Shown here one piece after another: positions 63,915-64,000 of a stretch of 64,000 nt of DNA. Below the pieces are notes generated by a model. The model searched no databases. It saw nothing but the letters and a program-made list of their open reading frames with translations, and was not told where the DNA came from. How positions within the stretch are numbered: position 1 is the stretch's first letter; every line of letters begins with the position of its first letter. Both the position numbers and the translations under genes were made by a program. This stretch comes from Heterodontus francisci (Eukaryota), in contig NC_090374.1 in NCBI RefSeq assembly GCF_036365525.1, forward strand, positions 75,909,699 to 75,973,698, read 5' to 3'.

Positions 63915-64000
63915 CTAGAGGGAATGTGTGTTGTGAGGAAGATGCAAAGCAGCTTCGAGGGGATTTGCAAAGGCTTATGAGCGGGTAAGAACGTGGCAGA
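63915..64000 (+). mobile_element. CR1 RT fragment running off the window
   Basis: GNVCCEEDAKQLRGDLQRL...VRTWQ. Confidence 0.6.

Noticed and set aside
1-64000. Prokaryotic-type systems (CRISPR arrays, retrons, DGRs) suggested by the many RT ORFs
   Set aside because: All RTs are eukaryotic non-LTR types inside spliceosomal introns; no repeat-spacer array or operon structure was seen.

Overview
Vertebrate genomic DNA, most likely from a cartilaginous fish (inferred from its HE1/V-SINE-like, DeuSINE-like and CR1 repeat content). The whole window lies inside a minus-strand ELL2 gene (RNA polymerase II elongation factor). Three coding exons are visible (37050-37171, 34810-34973, 13844-14103); they have canonical AG/GT borders, sizes of 122/164/260 nt and splice in frame. 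I could not find exons 1-2 or 6 onward. The introns are packed with nested retroelements: many CR1 LINEs including one apparently full-length copy, V-SINEs, a DeuSINE, L2 relics, solo LTRs, Penelope fragments with hammerhead ribozyme motifs, and Harbinger-like MITEs. Two copies of a hAT DNA transposon encode a CGGBP1-like N-terminus. Main observations: (1) an EN-RT LINE that starts with a tRNA-like Pol III head, plus a SINE that looks like its internal-deletion derivative with at least two junction types; (2) the CGGBP1-like hAT with TIRs and a degenerate 8-bp TSD; (3) ELL2 exon 5 starts with GTAAG and would regenerate a 5' splice site after splicing; (4) a locally templated ~234-bp insertion and two micro-inversions. 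Repeat boundaries were read by eye and are approximate unless a TSD or TIR is quoted. Family names come from recalled motifs, not from database searches.
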